From NCBI GenBank assembly GCA_016182425.1, contig JACPGP010000030.1, positions 11,738 to 75,737 of the forward strand: a stretch of 64,000 bases of DNA. Direction: 5' to 3'. Under the pieces are notes generated by a model. The model ran no database searches, was not told where the DNA came from, and saw nothing but the letters and a program-made list of their open reading frames with translations. Source of the stretch: Candidatus Levyibacteriota bacterium (GTDB lineage: Bacteria; Patescibacteriota; Microgenomatia; Levybacterales; UBA12049). Of the stretch, positions 48,950-58,255 are shown piece by piece. The number at the start of each line of letters is the position of its first letter. The stretch's first letter is position 1. The translations under genes and the position numbers were made by a program.

Positions 48950-50028
48950 AGAGGTGGTATAATAGAGAAACATTTATGACAATACGGCTTCGCACCGCGT
49001 TTTTTATAGTCATTGGTATTTTGCTATTGTGGTTTTTCTATCTTGAGCGAGCAATTCTTACACCGTTTATTCTAGCTGGCATTTTTGCTTATGTCTTTAA
49101 TCCTATTGTTAATTTATTGTTTCATAAGATAAGGCTTCCCAGATTGCTTTCTGTGATTATTATCTATGTGGTAATTATTGGTGTCATGATAAATCTTGGT
49201 GCAATTCTAAGCGGAAGAATAATTGAGGAGTCATCTCAGTTATCGCGCTATATCCGCGAAATCACAGAAACCACAAAAGAGCAGATCCATAGTCTTCCAG
49301 ATTGGGCACGGCCAACAGTTGAAGAAGCGCTTTTGTCGCTTGAAAAATCAAAACTTTTTTCTCCAGAGTATCTCTTTTCTCTTTTTCCGCAAGCTTTGTC
49401 TCGAATTGTAAGCTTTATTCTCTTTCTTTTCTCCGGCTTTTTTTTCTTAAAAGAGGGGAAAAATATATTTGATAAAGCGCTTACCTTTGTACCCAATGAT
49501 TATAAAATTGAAGTGGAGATTCTTATACGCCGGATAAATGCAGTACTCAATGGATATTTGCGCGGACAGCTTTTTATGGTGTTTCTGGTGTCGCTTGTTT
49601 TGTTTACCGCTTTATCAATTTTAGGAGTGAGATTCGCGCTTATTTTGGCAATTTTCTCCGGAGTGGCCGAGATAGTACCTATTGTTGGACCAATTGTGGC
49701 AACATCTGTTGCCGCAATAACGGTGTTCTTTAGTGGTACAGCTCATTTTTCTTTAACGCCAATACAGGGGACAGTGGCCGTTATAATTGTCTACACCGTG
49801 GCAAGGCAACTGCAGGATTACTTTGTGATTCCCTATGTCATGGGAAAAATAACAAAGCTTCATCCGCTGGTGATTTTATTTTCGGTGATTGCCGGAGAGC
49901 ACCTAATGGGGGTTTTAGGACTTATTCTTGGTGTGCCAATTGCCGCGACTATTAGAATTTTGTTGGAATACTCTTTAGATAAAGTAAACCAGCATAGTGT
50001 TCGGGCGTTGCCTCGCGGTAGTAAATAA
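48946..50028 (+). CDS. AI-2E family transporter (PerM/UPF0118-like)
   Basis: 8-TM protein with long loops typical of AI-2E family. 360 aa. Confidence 0.65.
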   Translation: MKRWYNRETFMTIRLRTAFFIVIGILLLWFFYLERAILTPFILAGIFAYVFNPIVNLLFHKIRLPRLLSVIIIYVVIIGVMINLGAILSGRIIEESSQLSRYIREITETTKEQIHSLPDWARPTVEEALLSLEKSKLFSPEYLFSLFPQALSRIVSFILFLFSGFFFLKEGKNIFDKALTFVPNDYKIEVEILIRRINAVLNGYLRGQLFMVFLVSLVLFTALSILGVRFALILAIFSGVAEIVPIVGPIVATSVAAITVFFSGTAHFSLTPIQGTVAVIIVYTVARQLQDYFVIPYVMGKITKLHPLVILFSVIAGEHLMGVLGLILGVPIAATIRILLEYSLDKVNQHSVRALPRGSK

Positions 50029-50037
50029 TGATATAAT
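50008..50037 (+). promoter_or_regulatory. candidate promoter for rnpB (TTGCCT-18-TATAAT)
   Basis: TTGCCT at 50008-50013 and TATAAT at 50032-50037. The RNase P RNA 5' region begins about 10 nt downstream. Confidence 0.35.
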
Positions 50038-50046
50038 ACGTCTTGC

Positions 50047-50372
50047 TTTAGGAAGAAGAGCCGCTACCCGCCAACAGCTGAGCAGTTGCGGGCGGGAGGA
50101 AAGTCCAGACAGGTGTAGGGTCGGGGATGGAGCGCAAGCTCCAGCTAGAAATAGCCGGTTTCCAAGTTTTTATCTCACTAAACGAAACTTGGAACAGGTT
50201 CTGAATTAACAGGACTTGAGAGCAACAGAGACGAGTGGGAGTGAAACGGGCAATCCTACCTGCTGCAACCTCCGAGAGCGTGCGTTAATACCTGCCTTAC
50301 GGGAGCACCAAAGTATGAGGGCATAGATAGATTGCGGTTACAAACAGAATCTGGCTTACTCTCTCCCTAGAG
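50047..50372 (+). ncRNA. rnpB: RNase P RNA (bacterial type, reduced ~325 nt)
   Basis: Universally conserved P4 strands: GGGAGGAAAGTCCAGAC near the 5' end, and ATAGATAGATTGCGGTTACAAACAGAATCTGGCTTA near the 3' end (compare E. coli AGGAAAGUCCGGGCUCC and ACAGAACCCGGCUUA). No protein-coding potential. Confidence 0.6.
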
Positions 50373-50376
50373 CATT

Positions 50377-53253
50377 TTAGGTAGTATTGCAGAGCATTTT
50401 GTATTCGCAGTTAAGACACAGAATATTTTTGCTGCAAGAAAAATCACTTTTTTCAATTTCTTCAATTTTTTCCAGTAATTTATCTTCCAGCGTGTCTAAG
50501 TCTGCTTTTGTAAAATGCATAGATTTTTTAATATTTCCATCCAAAAAATGAAGAGTCAGGGTAATATCTTTTGGATCACGATTTAAGATATTATCTTTTA
50601 CTCGAGTGGCGGCCAGAGCATAGATCGCTAGTTGCAGCGCGTGTGCTTTTTGCGCTTTAGGATTGTCTTCTCCGGTTTTATAGTCAATTATCTCAATACC
50701 GTTTCCTTTTGTGTCAATGCGATCAATTTTTCCAAAAACCTTTACACCATTTTTTAACGTAAAAGAAAAAGGAAGTTCCAATTCCAGTGGTTTTATAGCG
50801 GGATGGCACTCCTTTTTATAAAAATCTTCTAACATCTTAAGGCCTTGTGCAAAGCGTTCCTGCTCGTATTTTTTGCCATCATAACCATCAGAAACCCATT
50901 CTTTTTTAAGAATTTCTTTGAACTCTTTAAGAGACGGAGCAGACGAATTCTTTACTCTTTTATAAAAAGAATAAAGGGTGTTATGCATGGTTATACCAAA
51001 GCTCTGAACCGAAGCTGGAGGAGTTGGAATACCTAAAATCGCTTTTGCTTTATAGTGCAATGGGCAAATATCAAACATCTGGAGATTTGAAAATGTGATA
51101 TAGCTTATTTTAAGCGGTTGTTTTTTTTGAACTTTTTCGCTTTTTTTTTCATACGCAGAAATAATATCTGAAAACGAGAGTTGTTGATTATATTTTGCAG
51201 TCGCTTCTTGCTTTGCTAAGTTTGGGAGTGCTTCGTAAATAAAAGGAGAAAGTTTTTTGATCCGTTTCCCAGTGCCGTAGAAATCAGCCGCAGTAAAAAA
51301 AAGACATTCTTTTGCCCGGGTCATTCCTACATAAAAAAGCCTTCTTTCTTCTTGTTCGTGAAAATCAATATTCTCTGGTAGCTTTTCTTTAATAACCTCT
51401 TTTGGCAATGGGATTTTTTCAGCTCTTTCTCGAGAAGGGAAACGGTCCAAGACCAGATTTATTAAAAATACCACCTTAAACTCAAGTCCTTTTGAAGAAT
51501 GAACAGTTAAAATATTCACCGCATTTCTATCTCTGATGTCTATATCTGCTGCTGTGGGACTATCTTCCATTTGAATCATTAACAACAGCCAGTCTGCAAG
51601 AGTAAAAATGTTTGCGTCACTGCGTTCTGTCTCGAATTTTTTAATTCTGTCGAAAAACTTGGCGATATTTTGGACACGCTTTTCTTCTTCGACAGACTTG
51701 GTGTGTAAAAGGGTTTGATAGAGTTTTGAGTCAACTAAAAAATAATATAAAATTTGTCCTGCGCTGTCTTTCTTGACACGCGTTAAATGATGATCAACCA
51801 TTTTTCTAAATTCAAACAATTTTTTTTTAGATTCTGGTTTAATATAGGTTTGATCAGTAAAATTAAGCGCTTCAAAAAGAGGGATATTTTTTCTTTTGGC
51901 AAAATTTATTAGGTAATTAAGATCAGTATAGGGAATATCAAAAATATCCATTGATAAAACTCTAAAAAGAGAAACCGAATCTGAGAGGTTGGTGAGAAAA
52001 ATAAGATACGAAATAAGATCTTTTACCTCCTCTTGTTGAAATAAATATCCAGGGCCTAAAAACTGATAGGGTATCTTGTGTCTTTGCAGAGCGGTTGTGA
52101 TAAGTTGAGAGTGATTATTGGCTCTAACTAAAATTGCTATATCACGCAATTCATAAGATTTCTGATTAAGCTCTGTTATTTTTTTGGCAATTTCTTCCGC
52201 CTCGTCTTCTGCTCGTATTTGATGAATAATTTCTATGTCTTTCTCCGGCGCATTGGAATGACTCTCTAATTTCTTATCAATTTTCTCAACCACTTCCAGC
52301 CTGTTGGGATTATTGTGTTGGATGAGATTGTAAGCTGCATCAAGAATAGTTTTTGTTGATCGGTAATTATCGGTTAAAGTTATTATTTTCGCTTTTTTGA
52401 AGTTTTTCTTAAATTGCAGAACATTAGATACCGCCGCCCCTCGAAAGCGATAGATTGATTGGTCGTCATCAGCCACCACAGCAATATTATGGTCGTCTCC
52501 CGCAAGTAAAATTGCCAACTCATTCTGGGCGTAATTTGTGTCTTGGAATTCGTCAACCAGTAAAAAGCGAAACTGTTTTTGATAATGTTTAAGAATAGTT
52601 TTTCTGTTTCTAAAAAGAAGAAGGGTATTTGAAATAAGATCTGCAAAATCCATTATACTCTCTTTTACTTTAAGTTTTTCATATTCTTTGTAGGCGTGGG
52701 AGAGTTCAAGATAATGATCGATTTCCAATAAATCAGACCCATGCTTTTTCTTTATCCACAAGATATATTCATCTGGTGAAATGTCTTCATCTTTAAGTCT
52801 AGAGAAATGGGTTAGAAGTGCGTCAAGAAATTTGGTGGGATTCCCCAGTGGTCTAAAAAAACTAAGTCCCAATTCGAAAATATGCTGCCGCAAAAGAAGC
52901 ACTGATTCTGCTTGGTTGATAAGCTTAAAATTAGGGTCAAGACCTATGGTATACGCATCATCGCGCAAAACCCTTTCGCAAAAAGAATGAAATGTATGTA
53001 TCCAAAGATTGGTATATCCGTAAGGAAGAAGTATATCAACTCTCTCTTGCATTTCAAAGGCTGCCTTTTCCGTAAATGTAAGAGCAAGGATAGATGGGGG
53101 GGAAATGTTTTTATTAACAATTAGATGTTTGATGCGTTCTGTTATAACAGTTGTTTTTCCAGTTCCAGCCCCTGCGATAATTAAAAGTGGTCCATCTCCA
53201 TGTTCTACCGCTTGTCGTTGTTTTTCATTGAGAATTCTTGTATCTTTTACCAT
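50377..53253 (-). CDS. UvrD/PcrA-family helicase fused to C-terminal PD-(D/E)xK (RecB-like) nuclease with Cys cluster
   Basis: Walker A AGAGTGKTT and UvrD helicase motifs. C-terminal IDRID...IIDYKTG nuclease motif, followed by C-x2-C-x5-C and other Cys suggestive of an Fe-S cluster. Confidence 0.75.
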   Translation of the reverse strand: MVKDTRILNEKQRQAVEHGDGPLLIIAGAGTGKTTVITERIKHLIVNKNISPPSILALTFTEKAAFEMQERVDILLPYGYTNLWIHTFHSFCERVLRDDAYTIGLDPNFKLINQAESVLLLRQHIFELGLSFFRPLGNPTKFLDALLTHFSRLKDEDISPDEYILWIKKKHGSDLLEIDHYLELSHAYKEYEKLKVKESIMDFADLISNTLLLFRNRKTILKHYQKQFRFLLVDEFQDTNYAQNELAILLAGDDHNIAVVADDDQSIYRFRGAAVSNVLQFKKNFKKAKIITLTDNYRSTKTILDAAYNLIQHNNPNRLEVVEKIDKKLESHSNAPEKDIEIIHQIRAEDEAEEIAKKITELNQKSYELRDIAILVRANNHSQLITTALQRHKIPYQFLGPGYLFQQEEVKDLISYLIFLTNLSDSVSLFRVLSMDIFDIPYTDLNYLINFAKRKNIPLFEALNFTDQTYIKPESKKKLFEFRKMVDHHLTRVKKDSAGQILYYFLVDSKLYQTLLHTKSVEEEKRVQNIAKFFDRIKKFETERSDANIFTLADWLLLMIQMEDSPTAADIDIRDRNAVNILTVHSSKGLEFKVVFLINLVLDRFPSRERAEKIPLPKEVIKEKLPENIDFHEQEERRLFYVGMTRAKECLFFTAADFYGTGKRIKKLSPFIYEALPNLAKQEATAKYNQQLSFSDIISAYEKKSEKVQKKQPLKISYITFSNLQMFDICPLHYKAKAILGIPTPPASVQSFGITMHNTLYSFYKRVKNSSAPSLKEFKEILKKEWVSDGYDGKKYEQERFAQGLKMLEDFYKKECHPAIKPLELELPFSFTLKNGVKVFGKIDRIDTKGNGIEIIDYKTGEDNPKAQKAHALQLAIYALAATRVKDNILNRDPKDITLTLHFLDGNIKKSMHFTKADLDTLEDKLLEKIEEIEKSDFSCSKNILCLNCEYKMLCNTT

Positions 53254-53292
53254 GCAGCTATTTTACCATAAGCCACATGATATACTAAGAAA

Positions 53293-53997
53293 ATGCCAGA
53301 GGAATTTTTTCTATCTTTTCTAAAAAAAGAACAAATCGCCAAAGATACGTATGCATTTTATTTTTCAAGAGAAAAGAGTGATTTTGATTTTATAGCAGGT
53401 CAGTATATTCGAATAACTTTACCAGTTGAGCCTTCTCATCTTTTTTCCATTGCATCTTCTCCTTTAGAGAAAGGGTACATACGAATAATAACAAGAATAA
53501 CAGGGAGTCCATTTAAAAATGCACTTTTAACACTTACGCCCAATTCTGAAGTTAAGATTTTCGGACCAATAGGCAGATTTACCCTTCAGGATGAGGAAAA
53601 AGAATATGTTTTTCTTGCAGGAGGAATTGGCATTACGCCATTTGTTAGTATTATCGAATATGCTGCGGCGAAAAACCTTACAGTTCCAATTACTCTTTTT
53701 ACATCGTTTTCAACAGTTGAAGAAACAATATTTCATAAAGAATTTTTAGAAATTGCAAAAGCTCACCCAAATATAAAAATTATCCACACAATAACTCAAT
53801 TAGAAAGTGCAGTATTGTGGAATGGAGAGAAAGGACGAATCTCACCAGAGCTTATAAAAAAATATGTCAGCGATCCACTTTTACCTTTGTACTACATTGC
53901 CGGACCGCCAAAAATGGTTGAGGCGATGGAGAGAATTGTAAAAGCTATGAGTGTTTCCAACGATAAGATTAAAAAAGAGAATTTTATTGGGTATTAA
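53293..53997 (+). CDS. ferredoxin-NADP reductase-like FAD/NAD(P)-binding oxidoreductase
   Basis: FAD-binding RxYS-like FSIASSP and NAD-binding LAGGIGITP motifs. 234 aa. No Fe-S Cys cluster. Confidence 0.55.
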   Translation: MPEEFFLSFLKKEQIAKDTYAFYFSREKSDFDFIAGQYIRITLPVEPSHLFSIASSPLEKGYIRIITRITGSPFKNALLTLTPNSEVKIFGPIGRFTLQDEEKEYVFLAGGIGITPFVSIIEYAAAKNLTVPITLFTSFSTVEETIFHKEFLEIAKAHPNIKIIHTITQLESAVLWNGEKGRISPELIKKYVSDPLLPLYYIAGPPKMVEAMERIVKAMSVSNDKIKKENFIGY

Positions 53998-54959
53998 GCT
54001 TCTAAGCTTTTGGTGCTGCTTAGTTTTTGGCCAAGCTTTACAAAACCAGTGTTGACGTTATGGAACTGCGAAGACGCATTTCCCAAATGTTTTCCCAAAA
54101 CATCTAAATTTTCCTCCACTTTTTCGTAATCGATCTTAAGCGCCCGAAGTAGCTTAAAAACCTCATGAGAACGAGCTTCTATCTTTTTACCCTCAAACGA
54201 TAAAAGAATTGTTTGTAAATGTGCGTAGAGTGTGCTTGGGGAAACAATATACACGCGAGCGTGTCTTGCGTACTCCATAAGCGTTGTATTATTTACTAAT
54301 TCATAATATACAGATTCGCTGGGGACATACATCAGCGCAAAATCCATGGTTCCCTCTTCCGGCAAAATATATTTTTGGGAAATTGCGTCAATGTGTTTTT
54401 TGACATCTCGGATAAATTCTTTTTGTGCTGCGTCTTTCTCTCGGCCATTTTCCGCCTTAAACATTTTTTGGAAGTTTTCCATGGGAAATTTTGCGTCTAT
54501 TGGTAAAATGCCGGCATCAGTTTTAATTGCGGCATCAACCTTTTCGCCAGACTTAAATTGATATTGGAGATGGAAGCTGTTTTTGGGAAACATTTGAGAA
54601 ATTAAATCCTTGAGCACTTGTTCGCCAATGTTACCTCGAAGTTTTGGGCTTTTAAGAAACTCCTGGAGCTCTTTCATACTGCGGCCAATTTCGCTCATCT
54701 GTCCTACTTCTTTGCCAACGTCACGAATAACACTTGCTGCCCGGTCTAAGCGTTCATTGAGTTGTTTGGAGTGTTCTTGGAGAACCTTTGTCACATCGCT
54801 TGAGTTTGCTTGCATTGTTTCGTTTGTGCTTTTTAGCCACTCTAAAAGTGTTTCGTCTATTTTATTTTTCTCCATGTTGCCAAGTTTTTTATGAATAAGA
54901 AAAAAAAGTGCAGCAAAGCCGAGAAGAATTGTTATAATGACGGGCAGCTGATTTTCCAT
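53994..54959 (-). CDS. rmuC: DNA recombination protein RmuC
   Basis: N-terminal TM, long coiled coil and RmuC-like C-terminal region (FALMYVPSESVYYE). Confidence 0.7.
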   Translation of the reverse strand: MENQLPVIITILLGFAALFFLIHKKLGNMEKNKIDETLLEWLKSTNETMQANSSDVTKVLQEHSKQLNERLDRAASVIRDVGKEVGQMSEIGRSMKELQEFLKSPKLRGNIGEQVLKDLISQMFPKNSFHLQYQFKSGEKVDAAIKTDAGILPIDAKFPMENFQKMFKAENGREKDAAQKEFIRDVKKHIDAISQKYILPEEGTMDFALMYVPSESVYYELVNNTTLMEYARHARVYIVSPSTLYAHLQTILLSFEGKKIEARSHEVFKLLRALKIDYEKVEENLDVLGKHLGNASSQFHNVNTGFVKLGQKLSSTKSLEA

Positions 54960-55150
54960 GCGGCTATTTTATCATATTATGGCAAGGAGGTAATAAGTTG
55001 CAAGAGTTTTGGATAACCAAACATGCCATCAGGATTACTTAAGTGTTTGTAGTCATGTTCAATAATAAGAATAAGTTTCTGCACATATATCCTCAATACA
55101 AGTAAAATAAGGGTCTGAAGCTGTTTATTAAAATCTGCTACAATAGTCTC

Positions 55151-55975
55151 ATGGTAAAGACTACTAAAATTGCAATCTTTGAAGGTAAAAAAATTCGAAG
55201 ACATTGGGATGAAAAAAAGGAAAAGTGGTATTTCTCGGTTGTTGATGTTGTTGCCGCTCTTTCTGAAAGTGAAAACCCACAAGTGTACTGGCGGGTGATG
55301 AAAAAAAGATTGATAGACGAAGGCGCAAATGAAACCGTTACAAAATGTAACGGTTTGAAAATGTTAGCAGCCGACGGCAAAATGAGATTAACAGATGTTG
55401 CAGATACAGAAACTATGTTTCGTATTATCCAGTCTATTCCTTCTCCACATGCTGAACCATTTAAGTTGTGGCTTGCCAGAGTTGGTTATGAAAGGGTTGA
55501 AGAATCAGAAGATCCAGAAATTGCCATTCAAAGGGCAATACGCTTCTATCTCAAGCGCGGGTATTCCCAAAATTGGGTCAATCAAAGATTAAAAAGTATA
55601 GAAGTTAGAAAAGAATTAACAGATGAATGGGAGCAAAAGGGTGTTAAAGAAAACACAGAATTTGCTACGCTAACAGATGAAATTACTTTTGCATGGGCAG
55701 GAATGAAAACAAAAGATTACAAAAAATATAAAGAGCTTAAAAAAGAAAACTTACGAGATAACATGACTAATTTGGAACTTGTGCTAAATATGCTTGCGGA
55801 AGCATCGACAACAGAAATATCTAAAAAAGTTATGCCAAAAAGTTTTGAAGAAAATAGAAAAGTTGCAAAACAAGGTGGATCAATTGCAGGTTCTGCCAGA
55901 AAACAAATAGAAAACAAAACAGGAAAAAAAGTGGTTACGAAATTAAACGCTAAAGGTTTAGGGTTGCTTAAATAG
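55151..55975 (+). CDS. Bro-N domain protein, DinD-like (mobile-element/phage-associated)
   Basis: N-terminal Bro-N signature (FEGKKIRRHWDEKKEKWYFSVVDVVAALSESENP). Length 274 aa, like E. coli DinD. Slightly lower GC than the flanks. Confidence 0.55.
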   Translation: MVKTTKIAIFEGKKIRRHWDEKKEKWYFSVVDVVAALSESENPQVYWRVMKKRLIDEGANETVTKCNGLKMLAADGKMRLTDVADTETMFRIIQSIPSPHAEPFKLWLARVGYERVEESEDPEIAIQRAIRFYLKRGYSQNWVNQRLKSIEVRKELTDEWEQKGVKENTEFATLTDEITFAWAGMKTKDYKKYKELKKENLRDNMTNLELVLNMLAEASTTEISKKVMPKSFEENRKVAKQGGSIAGSARKQIENKTGKKVVTKLNAKGLGLLK

Positions 55976-56032
55976 AAGTTTTCCCAAATTGGGGCTTGGC
56001 AGAGTGGGGAGGGCTATGTTTTACTGGATTTA

Positions 56033-56242
56033 ATGGTAAATTCTCAAACCTCAACACCTGCAACTCCTGAAACTACCAAAAGTATTACTATATTACTGCT
56101 TATTTTTGCAGCTTCTATTGGCTTTTTCTTTATGTGCTACTGGACAAAATGGCCAATGGTGGTAAAAGTTCTTGTGTCTATATTATATGTTCCTTTAGCA
56201 ACAATCGTTTTCATCTCGGTAGTAGTGGCCATTATTAGATAG
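56033..56242 (+). CDS. hypothetical small membrane protein
   Basis: Two predicted TM helices. Follows the Bro-N gene. Confidence 0.25.
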   Translation: MVNSQTSTPATPETTKSITILLLIFAASIGFFFMCYWTKWPMVVKVLVSILYVPLATIVFISVVVAIIR

Positions 56243-56313
56243 TGGTAAATATGTTCGAGTACTCCTCAAGCAACAATAACAATTCCTACACCATAATATC
56301 TTTACCCTTTAGA

Positions 56314-57306
56314 CTAATCAAAATACAGCTCAGGGTCAGCTGTAATATGTCTCCAATCTATTGGTTTATAGTTAAAAAATGCTGCGGAGGCGATCATGGC
56401 AGCGTTGTCTGTACATAAGTTTTTTGGAGGAACGAAAAGCTCGATTGATGACTGCATAGCTTCTCTCAATTTTTGATTAGCGGCGACACCGCCGGAAAGG
56501 AGAATTGATCTCACTTTATATCTCTGTGCAGCTTTGAGGGTTTTTTGAGCAAGTACATCAATGACTGCGCTTTGTACCCCAGCAGAAATGTCGTTAACCA
56601 TTTGTTCATTAAGCTTTTTTATTTTCTGAACTTCTCGAAAAACTGCAGTTTTTAATCCCGAAAAAGAAAAGTCAAAATCTTCTGAATCAAGAAGTGGTCG
56701 AGGGAATGTAAATCGATTACTTTTTCCCTGCTGGGCTGCCTTTTCAATGGCTGGGCCTCCTGGGTATGAAAGCCCTAAGAGCCTGCCAATTTTATCGAAT
56801 GCTTCGCCTGCTGCATCATCGCGTGTTCCTCCAAGCCACTTTATTTTTCCGTGTTCTTTGAGTAATACCAAATCAGTATGTCCGCCAGAAACAATAAGAG
56901 CAAGAGCAGGAATTTTTGGTATCTCGTAAATAAAGTTTGCATAGATGTGGCCAATGAGGTGATTTACAGGAATAATTGGTTTATTCCAAACATAAGATAA
57001 TGTTTTTGCGGTTTCAACACCAACAAGAAGTGAGCCAATTAACCCCGGGCCATATGTTACCGCTATTGTATCTATTTCTGGACGATAGATGTTAGATTCT
57101 TTGAGGGCTTGTTCAATTACGGGAATAATATATTTTACTTGCCCTCTGGCGGCGATTTCTGGAATAATACCGCCGGTTTTGGCATGGAGAGGAAGAGATG
57201 AGCTAATAATGTTTGAAAGAAGTTTTACTGTTGGGGCTTGCAGATTTGCTTCTACAATTGCAGCGCTTGTTTCATCACACGATGTTTCAATACCTAAAAT
57301 CCTCAC
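56314..57306 (-). CDS. tsaD: tRNA N6-adenosine threonylcarbamoyltransferase
   Basis: MRILGIETSCDETSAAIV start. Kae1/TsaD His-His metal motif region. Confidence 0.85.
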   Translation of the reverse strand: MRILGIETSCDETSAAIVEANLQAPTVKLLSNIISSSLPLHAKTGGIIPEIAARGQVKYIIPVIEQALKESNIYRPEIDTIAVTYGPGLIGSLLVGVETAKTLSYVWNKPIIPVNHLIGHIYANFIYEIPKIPALALIVSGGHTDLVLLKEHGKIKWLGGTRDDAAGEAFDKIGRLLGLSYPGGPAIEKAAQQGKSNRFTFPRPLLDSEDFDFSFSGLKTAVFREVQKIKKLNEQMVNDISAGVQSAVIDVLAQKTLKAAQRYKVRSILLSGGVAANQKLREAMQSSIELFVPPKNLCTDNAAMIASAAFFNYKPIDWRHITADPELYFD

Positions 57307-57779
57307 AGATTTTCTATTTTTACCCCATCACCATTTTTGAAACCGTATTTTTTGGAAAGCCCTGCGTTGATCTCAAGCACCTTGTCTGCCGGCTCATCAG
57401 GCCTAAAAATTTGTAGATTATCTTCAGGGGATTTTGGCGCTTGTGCATTTTCAATAATAGTAACAATTTTGTCTTTGTTAATATAGATAATATCTACAGA
57501 AATCTTCATATTTTTCATCCAGAAAGAGTAGTAATCCGCCTTTTCGAAGGGAAACAGCATGCCAGAATTTTGAGGAAGCGATGTTTTTTCCGACAGTCCA
57601 ACCTCTTTTTCTTGAGGTGTTTTAGCAACAAGGATAGTAAATGTGTGATTTTTGATAGTAAGAGTCGGATTTTTTTCAAAAAACGGAAACGGCAAGTTTT
57701 TTTTAAGATCGCTTTGAAAAAAAACAATGCCAAACACAACAGCAAGAAGAAGCCCAAAAAGCAGAAGAACCATTTTCAT
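57303..57779 (-). CDS. DUF192 (COG1430) domain protein
   Basis: Signal/TM N-terminus and a conserved beta-rich DUF192 pattern. Confidence 0.5.
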   Translation of the reverse strand: MKMVLLLFGLLLAVVFGIVFFQSDLKKNLPFPFFEKNPTLTIKNHTFTILVAKTPQEKEVGLSEKTSLPQNSGMLFPFEKADYYSFWMKNMKISVDIIYINKDKIVTIIENAQAPKSPEDNLQIFRPDEPADKVLEINAGLSKKYGFKNGDGVKIENL

Positions 57780-58255
57780 ATAGATAAAAGTTTGGTTAAC
57801 TGACTTGTTGATGCATCCTTGACGCGTTCCATAACATCTATAACAGTTGTTCCCATAAGTTTTGCTTGTCTTTCTTTGTGATATCTTTTGGGATCTCCCT
57901 TTGTGGTTGCGATTATAGTAGGTTTTATTTTGAATAGCAAATTATCATAGTCACGGTCCTTATTAAGCGACGGAAGAAGAATGATGTAGTCAACCATATT
58001 TAAGGTGCTAAGTACTAAAGCGCGATCCTTTTGTGGGTGGATCGGACGTTTATTACCTTTTGTTAATTGAATTGTTTGATCGCTTTCTAACATTACAAAT
58101 AGCACATCTCCTTGTTGTTTTGCCTTCTCTAAAAACAGTACATGTCCAGGATGAAGAATATCAAAACAACCACCCACCAAAACGATTTTTTTTCCTTCAC
58201 TTCTTAACTTTTTTGAAAGTCGTTCTGCTTGTTCAATGGTTAAAATTTTATTCAT
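57776..58255 (-). CDS. cytidylyl/adenylyltransferase-like protein (HIGH-motif nucleotidyltransferase, RfaE-II/TagD-like)
   Basis: GGCFDILHPGH motif. Start chosen at MNKILT, abutting the VanW stop. Confidence 0.55.
   Translation of the reverse strand: MNKILTIEQAERLSKKLRSEGKKIVLVGGCFDILHPGHVLFLEKAKQQGDVLFVMLESDQTIQLTKGNKRPIHPQKDRALVLSTLNMVDYIILLPSLNKDRDYDNLLFKIKPTIIATTKGDPKRYHKERQAKLMGTTVIDVMERVKDASTSQLTKLLSI

Noticed and set aside
50369-50400. Direct repeat AGAGCATTTT ... AGAGCATTTT at the rnpB 3' boundary, considered as a mini CRISPR-like or attenuator repeat
   Set aside because: Only two 10-nt copies with no further units. Most likely chance or part of the rnpB 3' end and helicase gene terminus.
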